Below are positions 8,580 through 17,347 of a stretch of 32,000 nucleotides of DNA, one piece after another. The DNA is from Cuniculiplasma divulgatum. Its GTDB lineage: Archaea; Thermoplasmatota; Thermoplasmata; Thermoplasmatales; Thermoplasmataceae. Under the pieces are notes generated by a model. The model worked only from the letters and a program-made list of their open reading frames with translations, did not search any database and was not told where the DNA came from. Position 1 is the stretch's first letter. Each line of letters starts with the position of its first letter. The stretch spans positions 1,440,001 through 1,472,000 of the forward strand of contig NZ_LT671858.1 in NCBI RefSeq assembly GCF_900083515.1, in the 5' to 3' direction. The position numbers and the translations under genes are program-made.

Positions 8580-9752
8580 ATGAAGACAGAGAAGACCATG
8601 ACTGGTAGCTGGTTCAGATCAGAAAAAATAAAGAGTATTCTACTGGAGACTGGTGCCGGTGAAGTCCCGGAAGAGTTCAGGGAACTTGTTCTTAAGGAAG
8701 AAGAGAGTGTTGTAAGGAAACAGGTAAACCCACTTGGAAATGAAAGAGGTCTTACTCTTGTAAGTAACGGTGAACAGAGAAAGTCGGGATATACAACTTT
8801 TGTCAAATCTAGATTTGAAGGTTTTGACAGGGAAAAGATTGTTTCACCAATGGTTTCAAATGCAATGCTTGAAGAACTAAAAATTGCAAAAAATCCACTT
8901 TATGATATATTTAAAAATAACCCTGAACGGTTGCTGGGGCATCCACAGCTGAATAGCAGGATATGGTATAATGGTCAGAAGAAGGCAATGATGGAGGCAA
9001 AGGATCTTAAGAAGATCGGAAAGGATAATGGTGTTTCTAAGGTCTTTATAAATTCTCCATCTCCAGGGGTACTGGCACAATTCTTAACTCCTGGAACATA
9101 TTACAGAGATTATTTTGATTTCATAGAAGACCTCTCAAGAGAAATGTCAAAAGAATATGAGGCCATATTATCAGTAGATGGTGTCCAGTTACAGATAGAT
9201 GCTCCCGATCTAACTCATGAAAGACATTACCAGAAATCAGAGGAAACAGAGAGAAAATCAGCCCTGAGGGCCAAGATAGATTCTATTAATATGGCAATAT
9301 CAGGAAAAGATCCGGAGAGAATACGAGTTCATTACTGCTATGGAAACTATAATGCTCCGCACAAAATAGATCCTCCTCTGGAGAATTTCCTTAATGAACT
9401 GCTTTCCTTAAATTCTAATGTAATAGTTGCTGAACTTGCGAATCCACGACATGAGGGTGATGCTATGATTTTAAGAAAGTATGCCCATGAATTTGGATGG
9501 CCAAAGCAGAAAAAGATTGCAGTTGGTGTAATTGATGTGAAAACTCCTTTCGTGGAAACACCTGAAACTGTTGCTCTAAGACTGGCAAGGATTGCAGAGA
9601 TAGATGAAATAGGTCCTGAAAGAGTAATGGCAGGGACAGATTGTGGTTTTGAAACATTCTCAAGTCTGGATAATGTTTCAGAAGAAGTTGCATTAATGAA
9701 ACTTGACGCACTGGCAGAAGGCTCAGCCCTTTTTGATAATATGTATAGATGA
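8580..9752 (+). CDS. Cobalamin-independent methionine synthase catalytic-domain protein (MetE-like, COG0620)
   Basis: 390 aa. N-terminal TGSWFRS (family TxxGSxPR), DGE-like NGEQRK, Zn-ligand contexts HYCYGN and GTDCGF. Covers a single (C-terminal-type) MetE domain only. Confidence 0.75.
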   Translation: MKTEKTMTGSWFRSEKIKSILLETGAGEVPEEFRELVLKEEESVVRKQVNPLGNERGLTLVSNGEQRKSGYTTFVKSRFEGFDREKIVSPMVSNAMLEELKIAKNPLYDIFKNNPERLLGHPQLNSRIWYNGQKKAMMEAKDLKKIGKDNGVSKVFINSPSPGVLAQFLTPGTYYRDYFDFIEDLSREMSKEYEAILSVDGVQLQIDAPDLTHERHYQKSEETERKSALRAKIDSINMAISGKDPERIRVHYCYGNYNAPHKIDPPLENFLNELLSLNSNVIVAELANPRHEGDAMILRKYAHEFGWPKQKKIAVGVIDVKTPFVETPETVALRLARIAEIDEIGPERVMAGTDCGFETFSSLDNVSEEVALMKLDALAEGSALFDNMYR

Positions 9753-9814
9753 AAGAAACTTTCCCTTAAATTAAATTTTGAATTATTAAACTGTATAGCC
9801 TGGAATTTGATTTC

Positions 9815-10195
9815 TTATTCTATCTGATTTCCACCGATTATTCCTATTTTTATCTCTTCACCCTTTCTGTTGAAAAATTTATAATCTGTATCTCTGTATG
9901 GATAACCAACTATCATGTGGATTGGGCCTGTGTTTTGAAACATATGCAGATCTGCATCAGAAGGTCTTATTACCCCAGATGGATGGGAATGTACTGAACC
10001 GATTATGGTAAAATCTACTGGTTTGCTACCCATCCACATTATGGTGTGATGGTCTCCCTGAATTGTACCGGGCATTATGGCAATTTCATATATGACGTCG
10101 TGCTCACCCTTTAAAAGCGCCCCAAATTCCATTGGATATGTGTCCTTGGATGCCTCCATTATCATTCTAATTAATCTGAATCTAATTGACCACAT
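9815..10195 (-). CDS. Stand-alone JAB1/MPN/Mov34 (JAMM, MPN+) metalloprotease
   Basis: 126 aa. Complete JAMM signature: Glu in YPMEFGALL, then HSHPSGVIRPSDAD (H-x-H-x7-S-x2-D). ATG start overlaps the NAD kinase stop by 14 nt. Confidence 0.85.
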   Translation of the reverse strand: MWSIRFRLIRMIMEASKDTYPMEFGALLKGEHDVIYEIAIMPGTIQGDHHTIMWMGSKPVDFTIIGSVHSHPSGVIRPSDADLHMFQNTGPIHMIVGYPYRDTDYKFFNRKGEEIKIGIIGGNQIE

Positions 10196-11003
10196 CTTTT
10201 AACAGTTTCTCCCTGAGCTTTGCATAGAAATCCCTTCTCAGTGTTATAAACTTATAGGATTTTGATGCTCTTGTGATTGTTACCTTATCTGATGAAGTGA
10301 AATTGACCTCCTTTTGTCCATCCAGGATTATTAGGCAGTCCTGATCAATACCTGACACAAGTATATCAAGCACTGATGTAGATGGCGCCACCATTGGCCT
10401 GATCCTCAGTGTTACTGGAGCAAGGTATGATATCACCATTGCCTGAGTTGCGGGCATTACAATAGGTCCTCCAGCGCTCAGTGAATAGGATGTTGATCCA
10501 ATAGGTGTGGCAACAATTATGCCATCTGCCTTCGTCCTTTCAACGAATGAGCCATCAAGATAAAGCTTGAAATTCCTTACCTTTGCAATTCTGTTGCTGT
10601 GCACTACAACCTCATTCAGTGCGTATCCTACGATTTCTCCATTTACCATTACCTCGAGACGCATGAATTCTACAAACCTATGTTCGCCTCTGATTATTCT
10701 GTATACTGTCTCCTCTACCTTTCCAACTTCAACCTCGCTCAGAAATCCGAGAGACCCCATATTAATTCCAAGAATTGCCCCTTTTGCCTTCTGAGCAGCA
10801 AGCAGTACAGTTCCGTCGCCTCCAATTGTAAAAAGGATATCTGCTTCAATTTCATCCAGTGGTCTGTATTCCTTTTCCTTAATGAAAGGCCTCAGTTCTT
10901 CTTCGTATATTCTTTCCCATTCCTGGGGGAGAATATCATCTATTCGTTTCACAATTTTAGCACATCTGGGACAGTTCTTCTTTATTATGAAAGCAATCTT
11001 CAT
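10182..11003 (-). CDS. nadK: NAD kinase
   Basis: 273 aa. Motifs GGDGT (TIGGDGTVL), NE (ALNEVVV) and ATPIGSTSYSLSAGGPIV. Its start overlaps the IMPase-family stop by 4 nt. Confidence 0.9.
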   Translation of the reverse strand: MKIAFIIKKNCPRCAKIVKRIDDILPQEWERIYEEELRPFIKEKEYRPLDEIEADILFTIGGDGTVLLAAQKAKGAILGINMGSLGFLSEVEVGKVEETVYRIIRGEHRFVEFMRLEVMVNGEIVGYALNEVVVHSNRIAKVRNFKLYLDGSFVERTKADGIIVATPIGSTSYSLSAGGPIVMPATQAMVISYLAPVTLRIRPMVAPSTSVLDILVSGIDQDCLIILDGQKEVNFTSSDKVTITRASKSYKFITLRRDFYAKLREKLLKDVVN

Positions 11004-11776
11004 CTGTTCTCAAGCTCCTCTATCTCACCTTTGTAAAAGGAAGACAGTGCAATCATGTTCTTTCTTTCTCTCACATCCTTGCCCATATTCATCTTCTTCA
11101 AATTGCCATCAAAAACAAATCCGCCCATTTCCTCCACCAGCAGGACACCTGCGGCAATATCTACATTACGCAACTTCTTTTCCCTTCCAAGATATGCGAC
11201 GTTGTCAAGAGCGCCGTTGGCGAGGAGTGCCAGTTCCATAGAAGCACAACCCAGAATTCTCTTTCTTGTTATGTCATTCTTTAAGAATTCAGGGACTTCT
11301 GTCTCTTCCAGGTTATATACAACTGAGGCGTGACTCCTCCTCTCTGCCTTCTCTATCTTGTATCCATTCCGGTATGCACCATTTCCTTTTGTTGCCCAGA
11401 AGTAGTTTCCTGTTGCCAGATTCATTACAAATGCCTCCTGAAGCGATGTAAAGTCGTCCTTCATAACCGCTAGAGACATGGAATAAAGAGGAATCTGATT
11501 TTCAGCGTTATATGTTCCGTCCAGTGGGTCCATAATTATGTTGCTGTCATATCCCCTGTCCACAAAGCCTATTTCCTCACTTATAATGTTGAATGGAAGA
11601 TCTATATCATTTATTCTCTCTATGATCTTGTCCTCTGCGAGTTTGTCCAGTCTCGATGTGAGAGTCCCATCGGCACCCATTCCAGTGTACCCGATCCTCT
11701 GCTCCTTGTTCTCTAAAGTTGAAATATGCTCCCTTATCTCTGATCCGGTTTCAATAAAATTTTTGAGGAATGTCAT
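11000..11776 (-). CDS. suhB: Inositol monophosphatase/FBPase (SuhB) family phosphatase; possible NADP phosphatase
   Basis: 258 aa. Metal-binding motifs IISEEIG and MDPLDGTYN, plus a C-terminal G..D-type motif (ALDNVAYLG). Confidence 0.85.
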   Translation of the reverse strand: MTFLKNFIETGSEIREHISTLENKEQRIGYTGMGADGTLTSRLDKLAEDKIIERINDIDLPFNIISEEIGFVDRGYDSNIIMDPLDGTYNAENQIPLYSMSLAVMKDDFTSLQEAFVMNLATGNYFWATKGNGAYRNGYKIEKAERRSHASVVYNLEETEVPEFLKNDITRKRILGCASMELALLANGALDNVAYLGREKKLRNVDIAAGVLLVEEMGGFVFDGNLKKMNMGKDVRERKNMIALSSFYKGEIEELENR

Positions 11777-11796
11777 ATACTGTATAGGTTAGAATT

Positions 11797-11804
11797 GTAT
11801 ATAA
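11797..11804 (-). promoter_or_regulatory. Candidate TATA box (TTATATAC) for the suhB-nadK-JAMM operon; probably a leaderless transcript
   Basis: On the minus strand TTATATAC lies directly after the rpoD stop. Its 3' edge is ~21 nt upstream of the suhB ATG, which fits archaeal TATA-to-TSS spacing with the TSS at or near the ATG. Confidence 0.4.
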
Positions 11805-12677
11805 CTAATCCGGAGTTACGATACTCTCGTGTAAAAAGTTTAGCCTTTTTGGTAATCTTTCAAGTGCAATTTTCAATGTTTCCCTGGCGGTTAGCGAACC
11901 ATCTGTTTCAAATTTGAATACATACCTTGTTCTGTCCTCAGAGACTTTTACAGGCTTTGACTGGTTTATTTCTGTCCTGTGATTTACAGTGTTAATATAA
12001 TTCATTACAGCTCTTTGCTGGTAATCATCGGTAATAGTTATCGTTTCCTTTGTTTCCTTAACAACTGAAACAGGAAACTTTTCTTTGATTTTTTCCCATC
12101 CTTCATTATCTGCCTTGTTAATTTCAAACTCCCTGTGATACTTAAAAGAGACTGCCGAAGTTACCTGCCACTTTGCATGCTCTTTGGCTGTTCCCATAGT
12201 TGCCTCAGCTGTTACAAGCAAGGCCTGCTTTGGTCCAAGTTTAACAATGGGTATTAGGGGGTCTACAGGTTTAAGTTCAACATTACCTGTGAATGGGACA
12301 AGGTCTCCGCTATAAACCTCACCTGGTCCTGTTTTGTCTATGTTATATGATACAGTGCACAGTGAACATCCCTTACCCTCACATGAGCATTCATTCCTGA
12401 AGTTCATCCTGGAGTCTGTTTTTATTGGCACCAGTCCAATCCTGTGTGCAACAATCTCATCAAATAATGGCAGTGAGGAGTCAAATACGTTTCCCATAGA
12501 ATCCCTGATCTGACCATGCCTGAAAATTACCTTATCAATTGCCAGTTTTGGAATGTCATTTATCAGAGTTCTTCTTAAGGCATTTGCAGTACCTTCTGTA
12601 ATGTTTGTTATCTCAAATCTGGCAAAGTTATCTCTGAGTTCTAATATTGATATTTTTTGCTCGATTGAAGATGGCAT
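11805..12677 (-). CDS. rpoD: DNA-directed RNA polymerase subunit D (Rpo3, Rpb3/alpha-like)
   Basis: 290 aa. N-terminal ...F.I.N...G.ANALRR.LI..IP..AID.V. Rpb3-type Cys loop [11 protein letters not shown]. Canonical position after S13-S4-S11. Confidence 0.92.
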   Translation of the reverse strand: MPSSIEQKISILELRDNFARFEITNITEGTANALRRTLINDIPKLAIDKVIFRHGQIRDSMGNVFDSSLPLFDEIVAHRIGLVPIKTDSRMNFRNECSCEGKGCSLCTVSYNIDKTGPGEVYSGDLVPFTGNVELKPVDPLIPIVKLGPKQALLVTAEATMGTAKEHAKWQVTSAVSFKYHREFEINKADNEGWEKIKEKFPVSVVKETKETITITDDYQQRAVMNYINTVNHRTEINQSKPVKVSEDRTRYVFKFETDGSLTARETLKIALERLPKRLNFLHESIVTPD

Positions 12678-13060
12678 TAAACCCTCCTTCCTCTTTTTCC
12701 ACCCTTTTTCTTGGTGCCGTCGTGTGGCACAGGTGTCACTTCCTCAATTCTAACAATCTTAAACCCGGCTCTGGATAGTGCCCTTATGGCTGATTGCGCC
12801 CCTGGACCAGGAATTTTGGATCTATTTCCGCCAGGTGCCCTTACTTTTATTATAAGATCTGTAACCTCCTTTTCCTTCAACTTTTCTGATATCAGATCTG
12901 CAGCTTTCATTGCAGCATATGGACTTGACTCATCTCTGTCATTCTTGACTACCATTCCACCTGTTGCCTTTGCAAGTGTTTCAGCTCCAGTTTGATCTGT
13001 CACAAGTATGATTGTATTATTCTGCGAGGAATAAATGTGCGCTATTCCAGTTTTATTCAA
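12677..13060 (-). CDS. rps11: 30S ribosomal protein S11 (uS11)
   Basis: 127 aa. [27 protein letters not shown]...[15 protein letters not shown]-terminal [10 protein letters not shown]. Confidence 0.95.
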   Translation of the reverse strand: MNKTGIAHIYSSQNNTIILVTDQTGAETLAKATGGMVVKNDRDESSPYAAMKAADLISEKLKEKEVTDLIIKVRAPGGNRSKIPGPGAQSAIRALSRAGFKIVRIEEVTPVPHDGTKKKGGKRGRRV

Positions 13061-13655
13061 CTTTTTCTACCTCCTCTGAATTTTCAGGTTCTGCTGACTC
13101 TTGTGGTTCATCTTCTACCTTTTGATCGCCTGCTATCACAAGCCTTACCGGATGTTTATCATCTATGAATGGTGAAAATTCGCTGTATTCTATGGAATCT
13201 TCTACACTTGCCTCAACGAGAAGCCCGGGTACAGTTACTCGTCTTCCATTCATTAATATATGACCGTGGGTTATCATTTGCCTTGCCTGTTTTACGGTCT
13301 TTGCAAGGTTCTTCCTGAATACTATTGTTTGAAGTCTTCTTTCAAGAACGCTCTCTATGGTCAAAGACAGAATATCATCAAGAGATGCATTTCCAGTGGA
13401 TATTTTGTACCTGTTCAATCGTGCTAGTAGAAGGTTCAACTGCTTTATGGCAAGAGGATCATTTCTTCTTGTCCTTGCCTGCAACTCCCTTGCCTGGGCT
13501 CGTATGGAATCAAGACTTGCCTGACTTCTCCATAACTCCTTCTTGTTCTTCAGACCATATAAATTTATAGTCTTTCTCTCTTCGTCTATTCTATCTTTTT
13601 CCCAAGGATGCCTTGGTGTTGAATATAATTTTTTCTGAAACTTTGGATCTCCCAA
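13053..13655 (-). CDS. rps4: 30S ribosomal protein S4 (uS4)
   Basis: 200 aa. GDPKF.KK.Y.TPRHPW, S4 RNA-binding domain [32 protein letters not shown]. Has an acidic C-terminal tail. Confidence 0.93.
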   Translation of the reverse strand: MGDPKFQKKLYSTPRHPWEKDRIDEERKTINLYGLKNKKELWRSQASLDSIRAQARELQARTRRNDPLAIKQLNLLLARLNRYKISTGNASLDDILSLTIESVLERRLQTIVFRKNLAKTVKQARQMITHGHILMNGRRVTVPGLLVEASVEDSIEYSEFSPFIDDKHPVRLVIAGDQKVEDEPQESAEPENSEEVEKVE

Positions 13656-13661
13656 TCAAAA

Positions 13662-14126
13662 TCACTCCTTTTTCCTTTGTACGCCCACTGTCAGTCCCTT
13701 CCTGCCGTTACTTCTGGTTCTCTGACCCCTCACCTTGTGATGGGTTTCATGTCTTATCCCTCTGTATGATCTTATCTTTTTCATTGTGTTGATATTATCC
13801 TGAATCTGCACATTGAGGTCATTCCCAACCAGATTCATATTTTTTCCAGTTACAGGATCTGAACGGTTGTTCATCATCCACGCGGGAATATCTTCATACT
13901 CTTCAGATTCGATATAATCCCTTATCTCCTCTATTTTTTCCTCGCTGAGGTCTCCCAGTCTCATACTTTCATCAATCTCTAGCTTTTTCGTTAGGGTTTC
14001 AGCCAATCTTATGCCGATACCTTTGAGATCTGCCAGAGCCAGAACCACATCTCTTTCTCCGTTAAGATCCATGCTTGCAATTCTTACAATGTATTGGAAA
14101 TCAGTTTTTTCTTTTTCGTCAGGCAT
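13662..14126 (-). CDS. rps13: 30S ribosomal protein S13 (uS13)
   Basis: 154 aa. IVRI...DL.G......AL..LKGIG..LA, YRGIRH...HKVRGQRTRSNGR. GGTGA Shine-Dalgarno-like element 4 nt upstream of the ATG. Confidence 0.95.
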   Translation of the reverse strand: MPDEKEKTDFQYIVRIASMDLNGERDVVLALADLKGIGIRLAETLTKKLEIDESMRLGDLSEEKIEEIRDYIESEEYEDIPAWMMNNRSDPVTGKNMNLVGNDLNVQIQDNINTMKKIRSYRGIRHETHHKVRGQRTRSNGRKGLTVGVQRKKE

Positions 14127-14184
14127 TAATTCACCAGTCCTTTAACATGCTTAAATGTTATCCCTTGCGGTTGCTCCTTATCTT

Positions 14185-14200
14185 TAAAATATATATATTC
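14185..14200 (-). promoter_or_regulatory. Candidate TATA-rich promoter for the S13-S4-S11-rpoD operon
   Basis: Minus strand reads AATATATATATTTTAAAG about 60 nt upstream of the S13 ATG, directly after the DUF357 stop. It is followed by a GGTGA SD (14131..14135). Confidence 0.35.
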
Positions 14201-14216
14201 TTTTTGTAAAGTTTGG

Positions 14217-14534
14217 TTATTTGTAAAAAGTAAATTTCCTATAATCCCCATCAGTTTTGAATATGCCAAGTCTTACCCCACTATCCAGCCATCCATATGA
14301 ATAGTTGAGGCATGATAGTGCATTTATTAAGTCGCCAACTTCCTGAAAATGTTTCGCGTCGGAGAAATATGAATATACCATCTCTAATGAGCTCTTGGCA
14401 AATTCATATAGAAGTGAATTTTCTGGAACACTTATGGAAAGTACTTCAAGAGCCCTGTTTTCTATTTCAGTATATTTTAGCACTTTTTCCTCCAGCGCTG
14501 CGGAGAAGTCCTTATCTGTATGTTGAGTAGTCAT
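14217..14534 (-). CDS. DUF357 (COG1849) family protein
   Basis: 105 aa. Family-typical Y..DA.HF...GD...AL.....Y.YGWLD.G..LG pattern (YFSDAKHFQEVGDLINALSCLNYSYGWLDSGVRLG). Confidence 0.65.
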   Translation of the reverse strand: MTTQHTDKDFSAALEEKVLKYTEIENRALEVLSISVPENSLLYEFAKSSLEMVYSYFSDAKHFQEVGDLINALSCLNYSYGWLDSGVRLGIFKTDGDYRKFTFYK

Positions 14535-14865
14535 TCAGTAAATTCCATATCTGTTTCTGGGTTCCCTCATCAAGAACACCTTCTTCCTTTTTCTTTATAA
14601 CAAAATCCCTGGCCTCGCTGATTCCCTGTCTGGATGCAATGGCATATATTCCACCAGTTATTGACCCCCTTATGCTATCGGGTAGGGATTCTACTGCCTT
14701 TGATAGCATGAAATTGAATTCCTCGCTTTTCCTCATATCCAGTTTTTTAATCCGTTTTGGCCTGGGTGTTTCATTTCTATCATTATATCCGTAATACCTT
14801 CCCCTCTTGTTCTGACCTGGTTTTTTAGGGGTATACTTTCTTCTTGCCGCCATATTTTTATTCAA
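14512..14865 (-). CDS. Hypothetical small protein with a strongly basic N-terminal tail
   Basis: 117 aa. The N-terminal ~45 aa are rich in K/R/P/G/Y (AARRKYTPKKPGQNKRGRYYGYNDRNETPRPKRIKK), followed by a predicted helical domain. I do not recognise the family. Overlaps the DUF357 start by 23 nt on the same strand. Confidence 0.55.
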   Translation of the reverse strand: MNKNMAARRKYTPKKPGQNKRGRYYGYNDRNETPRPKRIKKLDMRKSEEFNFMLSKAVESLPDSIRGSITGGIYAIASRQGISEARDFVIKKKEEGVLDEGTQKQIWNLLNDYSTYR

Positions 14866-14980
14866 TGCAATATGTTAAGGGTGGTTTTAAACCTTGTTGT
14901 GTTCTATCTGAATTCGAGAATAAACTATTTCTGGAAAAAAATGCCTTAAATCTAACGTTTGTTCTAATAGAACCTGATAA

Positions 14981-15964
14981 CTAGATCACCTGAAATAGTG
15001 AACTTATATGCCATACATGTGGGGAATAGGATTTCACAATGTGACTGTCCAATGGCATTAATAAATACCCAAGGTATCTGGCAGATTTCATAATATCGTA
15101 CACACTATTTTTGATATTACCTGTCAGTTCCAGGTGATGAAGTAAAATGAACCCATTCTTTGAAACATGAGATAGACCTGCAGGAAGATAAATTTTTGAC
15201 TTGAAATTTCCCATGACTACTAGATCATACTTTTCTTCCGTAATAAAAAGCCTGCAGTCCATGTTGCGAGTTATAATCCTATCCTTTACCCCATTATAAG
15301 CTGCACTTTTTTCCAGATATTCAAGAGCCTCTTTATTGAGATCTATTGCCGTTACATTTTCAACACTTTCAAGTTTTGCAATTGGTAAGGAGAAATAACC
15401 AATACCGGCAAACATATCAAGCACAGCTCTGGGGTTTATCTTCCTGATTGATGGGAGACCTCTTTCAACTATATTTCCCTTGCTCATCATCAATCTAGCT
15501 GGGCTTGTGATAAAGGTAACACCATTTTCCAGATACATTGTATCGCCTGGTTTTCCGGCAATAAGCCTGAGTTTTGGTTTTCTGATTTCACCCTCAATTT
15601 TTCCATCCCTTACGTACACCTGCGTTGCTATAGACTTCTCTACCAGTACTCTTGAGATCGTTTCCAATTTGTCATAATCCCTGCTGAATACAACTGTAGT
15701 TCCCATTCTCTGCCATCTGATCCTTTGACTTCCATCTTCAATGATACTGCTGATCACATCAGGTATTGTGAAATCCTCTTTTCTGGAGAAATCTCTTTCA
15801 CATAATATTGCATTTTGAAATTGCACCCTTTCTCTAACTGGAATGATAACCTTTCCATTTTCCTTCAGAGATCTCAGGTTCCTGATTAATTTTCCTTCTC
15901 TTTTGGCTTTCTTTATGAAGGATTCTGCATCCTTTTCCTCAACTTCCATTGCAAGATTTTTCAA
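14981..15964 (-). CDS. Trm5/Taw2 (TYW2, Met-10+) family tRNA G37-modifying SAM-dependent transferase
   Basis: 327 aa. SAM motif LDMFAGIGYFSLPIA. The later VVMGNF motif resembles the Taw2 MGY motif more than the Trm5 NLP motif. An N-terminal extra domain is present. The ORF-track start is TTG; an ATG alternative lies 5 codons in, at 15949 (MEVEEKD...). Confidence 0.8.
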   Translation of the reverse strand: MKNLAMEVEEKDAESFIKKAKREGKLIRNLRSLKENGKVIIPVRERVQFQNAILCERDFSRKEDFTIPDVISSIIEDGSQRIRWQRMGTTVVFSRDYDKLETISRVLVEKSIATQVYVRDGKIEGEIRKPKLRLIAGKPGDTMYLENGVTFITSPARLMMSKGNIVERGLPSIRKINPRAVLDMFAGIGYFSLPIAKLESVENVTAIDLNKEALEYLEKSAAYNGVKDRIITRNMDCRLFITEEKYDLVVMGNFKSKIYLPAGLSHVSKNGFILLHHLELTGNIKNSVYDIMKSARYLGYLLMPLDSHIVKSYSPHVWHISSLFQVI

Positions 15965-16045
15965 ATCTCTCAGTAATTGGATTAATCGATAAATTCTATT
16001 GCCTTAAAATGAAAAACATAAATTGATAGGAAAAAATATACCTTC

Positions 16046-17347
16046 ATGCTTTCCGATGATCTATTTAAAAGAGCATCCAGGCTTTTCCCTGGTGGAGTTA
16101 ATTCACCTGTTAGGTTCTATGAGCCATATCCAACATATTTTTCACGTGCTTCTGGTTCCAGAATTTTTGATGTGGAAGGAAAGGAATATCTGGATTTCTG
16201 CATGGGTTTTGGTGTAAATTTCGCTGGATATTCTAATACCACCATAGCTGAAGAAATAATGTATTTGCTGGATAATACGATCCCTGAAGGAGTTCCCACT
16301 GAAAATGAGATAGAACTGGGAGAGATCATCCAAAAAGCTGTTCCGTCTATTGAAAAGATGAGATTCACAAATTCAGGAACTGAGGCAACCATGCATGCAA
16401 TCCGGCTGGCGAGGGCCTTTACAGGCAGAAAACTGATACTTAAGATGAATGCGGGATTTCATGGAGCCCATGACTACGTACTGGTAAGTGCTGGAAGTGG
16501 TGCATTGAATTTCGGTACACCTTCAAGCCCAGGTATCCCGGAGGAAGTTGCAAAAACTGTTCTTGTGGGAGATTTCAACAATGAGGAATCCATAAGGGAA
16601 TTATTTAAACTACATGGAAAGGATATAGCAGCGGTTATTACGGAGCCGGTTCTTGGCAATCTTGGCGTAATTGGACCTGAGAAAGGATTCCTGAAATTTC
16701 TCAGGGAGATCACGGAAGAATATGGCGCATTGTTGATTTTTGATGAGGTTATTACAGGATTTAGATTCAGATACGGAGCCTATCAGGACATAATAGGTGT
16801 TAAGCCAGATTTAACAACTATGGGCAAAATAATTGGTGGTGGAATGCCTGTTGGTCTCTTTGGTGGAAGAGCAGATATAATGAATAGGATCAGCCCAGAA
16901 GGAAATGTGTATCAATCTGGAACATTCAGCGCAAATCCATTTACTGTTGCATCTGGGCTGGCAACCCTGAATTTCCTTAAAGACAAAGATTATGAATATA
17001 CAATAAGTCTGGCAACGTGGGTTGAGGATAAATTGAAGAGTTTCTCTGATCTGGGCGTTCAGGTAAACAGGGTCTATAACATGTTTACCATATTCTTTAA
17101 TGAAGAAAGGGTTTGGAACTACGAAACGGCTCTGAAATCAGACAGAAAAAAGTTCATGAAATTTTTTAATTTTTCCAAAAAGCACGGAATCTATTTTTCA
17201 CCCGGTCAGTTTGAGGCGTCTTTTGTTGGTATGGCACATACACCAGAGGAGGTTGAAATGGCTGTTTTTAAGATGGTGTACACCCTGGAGTTTGATATGA
17301 ATGAAGATAGGAACGAGAGAGAGCAGGTTAGCATTAATTCAAACTGA
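16046..17347 (+). CDS. hemL: Glutamate-1-semialdehyde 2,1-aminomutase
   Basis: 433 aa. N-terminal LF.RA..LFPGGVNSPVR, FDEVITGFR, PLP-lysine context TMGKIIGGGMP. The C-terminal tail overlaps hemC by 47 nt. Confidence 0.93.
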   Translation: MLSDDLFKRASRLFPGGVNSPVRFYEPYPTYFSRASGSRIFDVEGKEYLDFCMGFGVNFAGYSNTTIAEEIMYLLDNTIPEGVPTENEIELGEIIQKAVPSIEKMRFTNSGTEATMHAIRLARAFTGRKLILKMNAGFHGAHDYVLVSAGSGALNFGTPSSPGIPEEVAKTVLVGDFNNEESIRELFKLHGKDIAAVITEPVLGNLGVIGPEKGFLKFLREITEEYGALLIFDEVITGFRFRYGAYQDIIGVKPDLTTMGKIIGGGMPVGLFGGRADIMNRISPEGNVYQSGTFSANPFTVASGLATLNFLKDKDYEYTISLATWVEDKLKSFSDLGVQVNRVYNMFTIFFNEERVWNYETALKSDRKKFMKFFNFSKKHGIYFSPGQFEASFVGMAHTPEEVEMAVFKMVYTLEFDMNEDRNEREQVSINSN

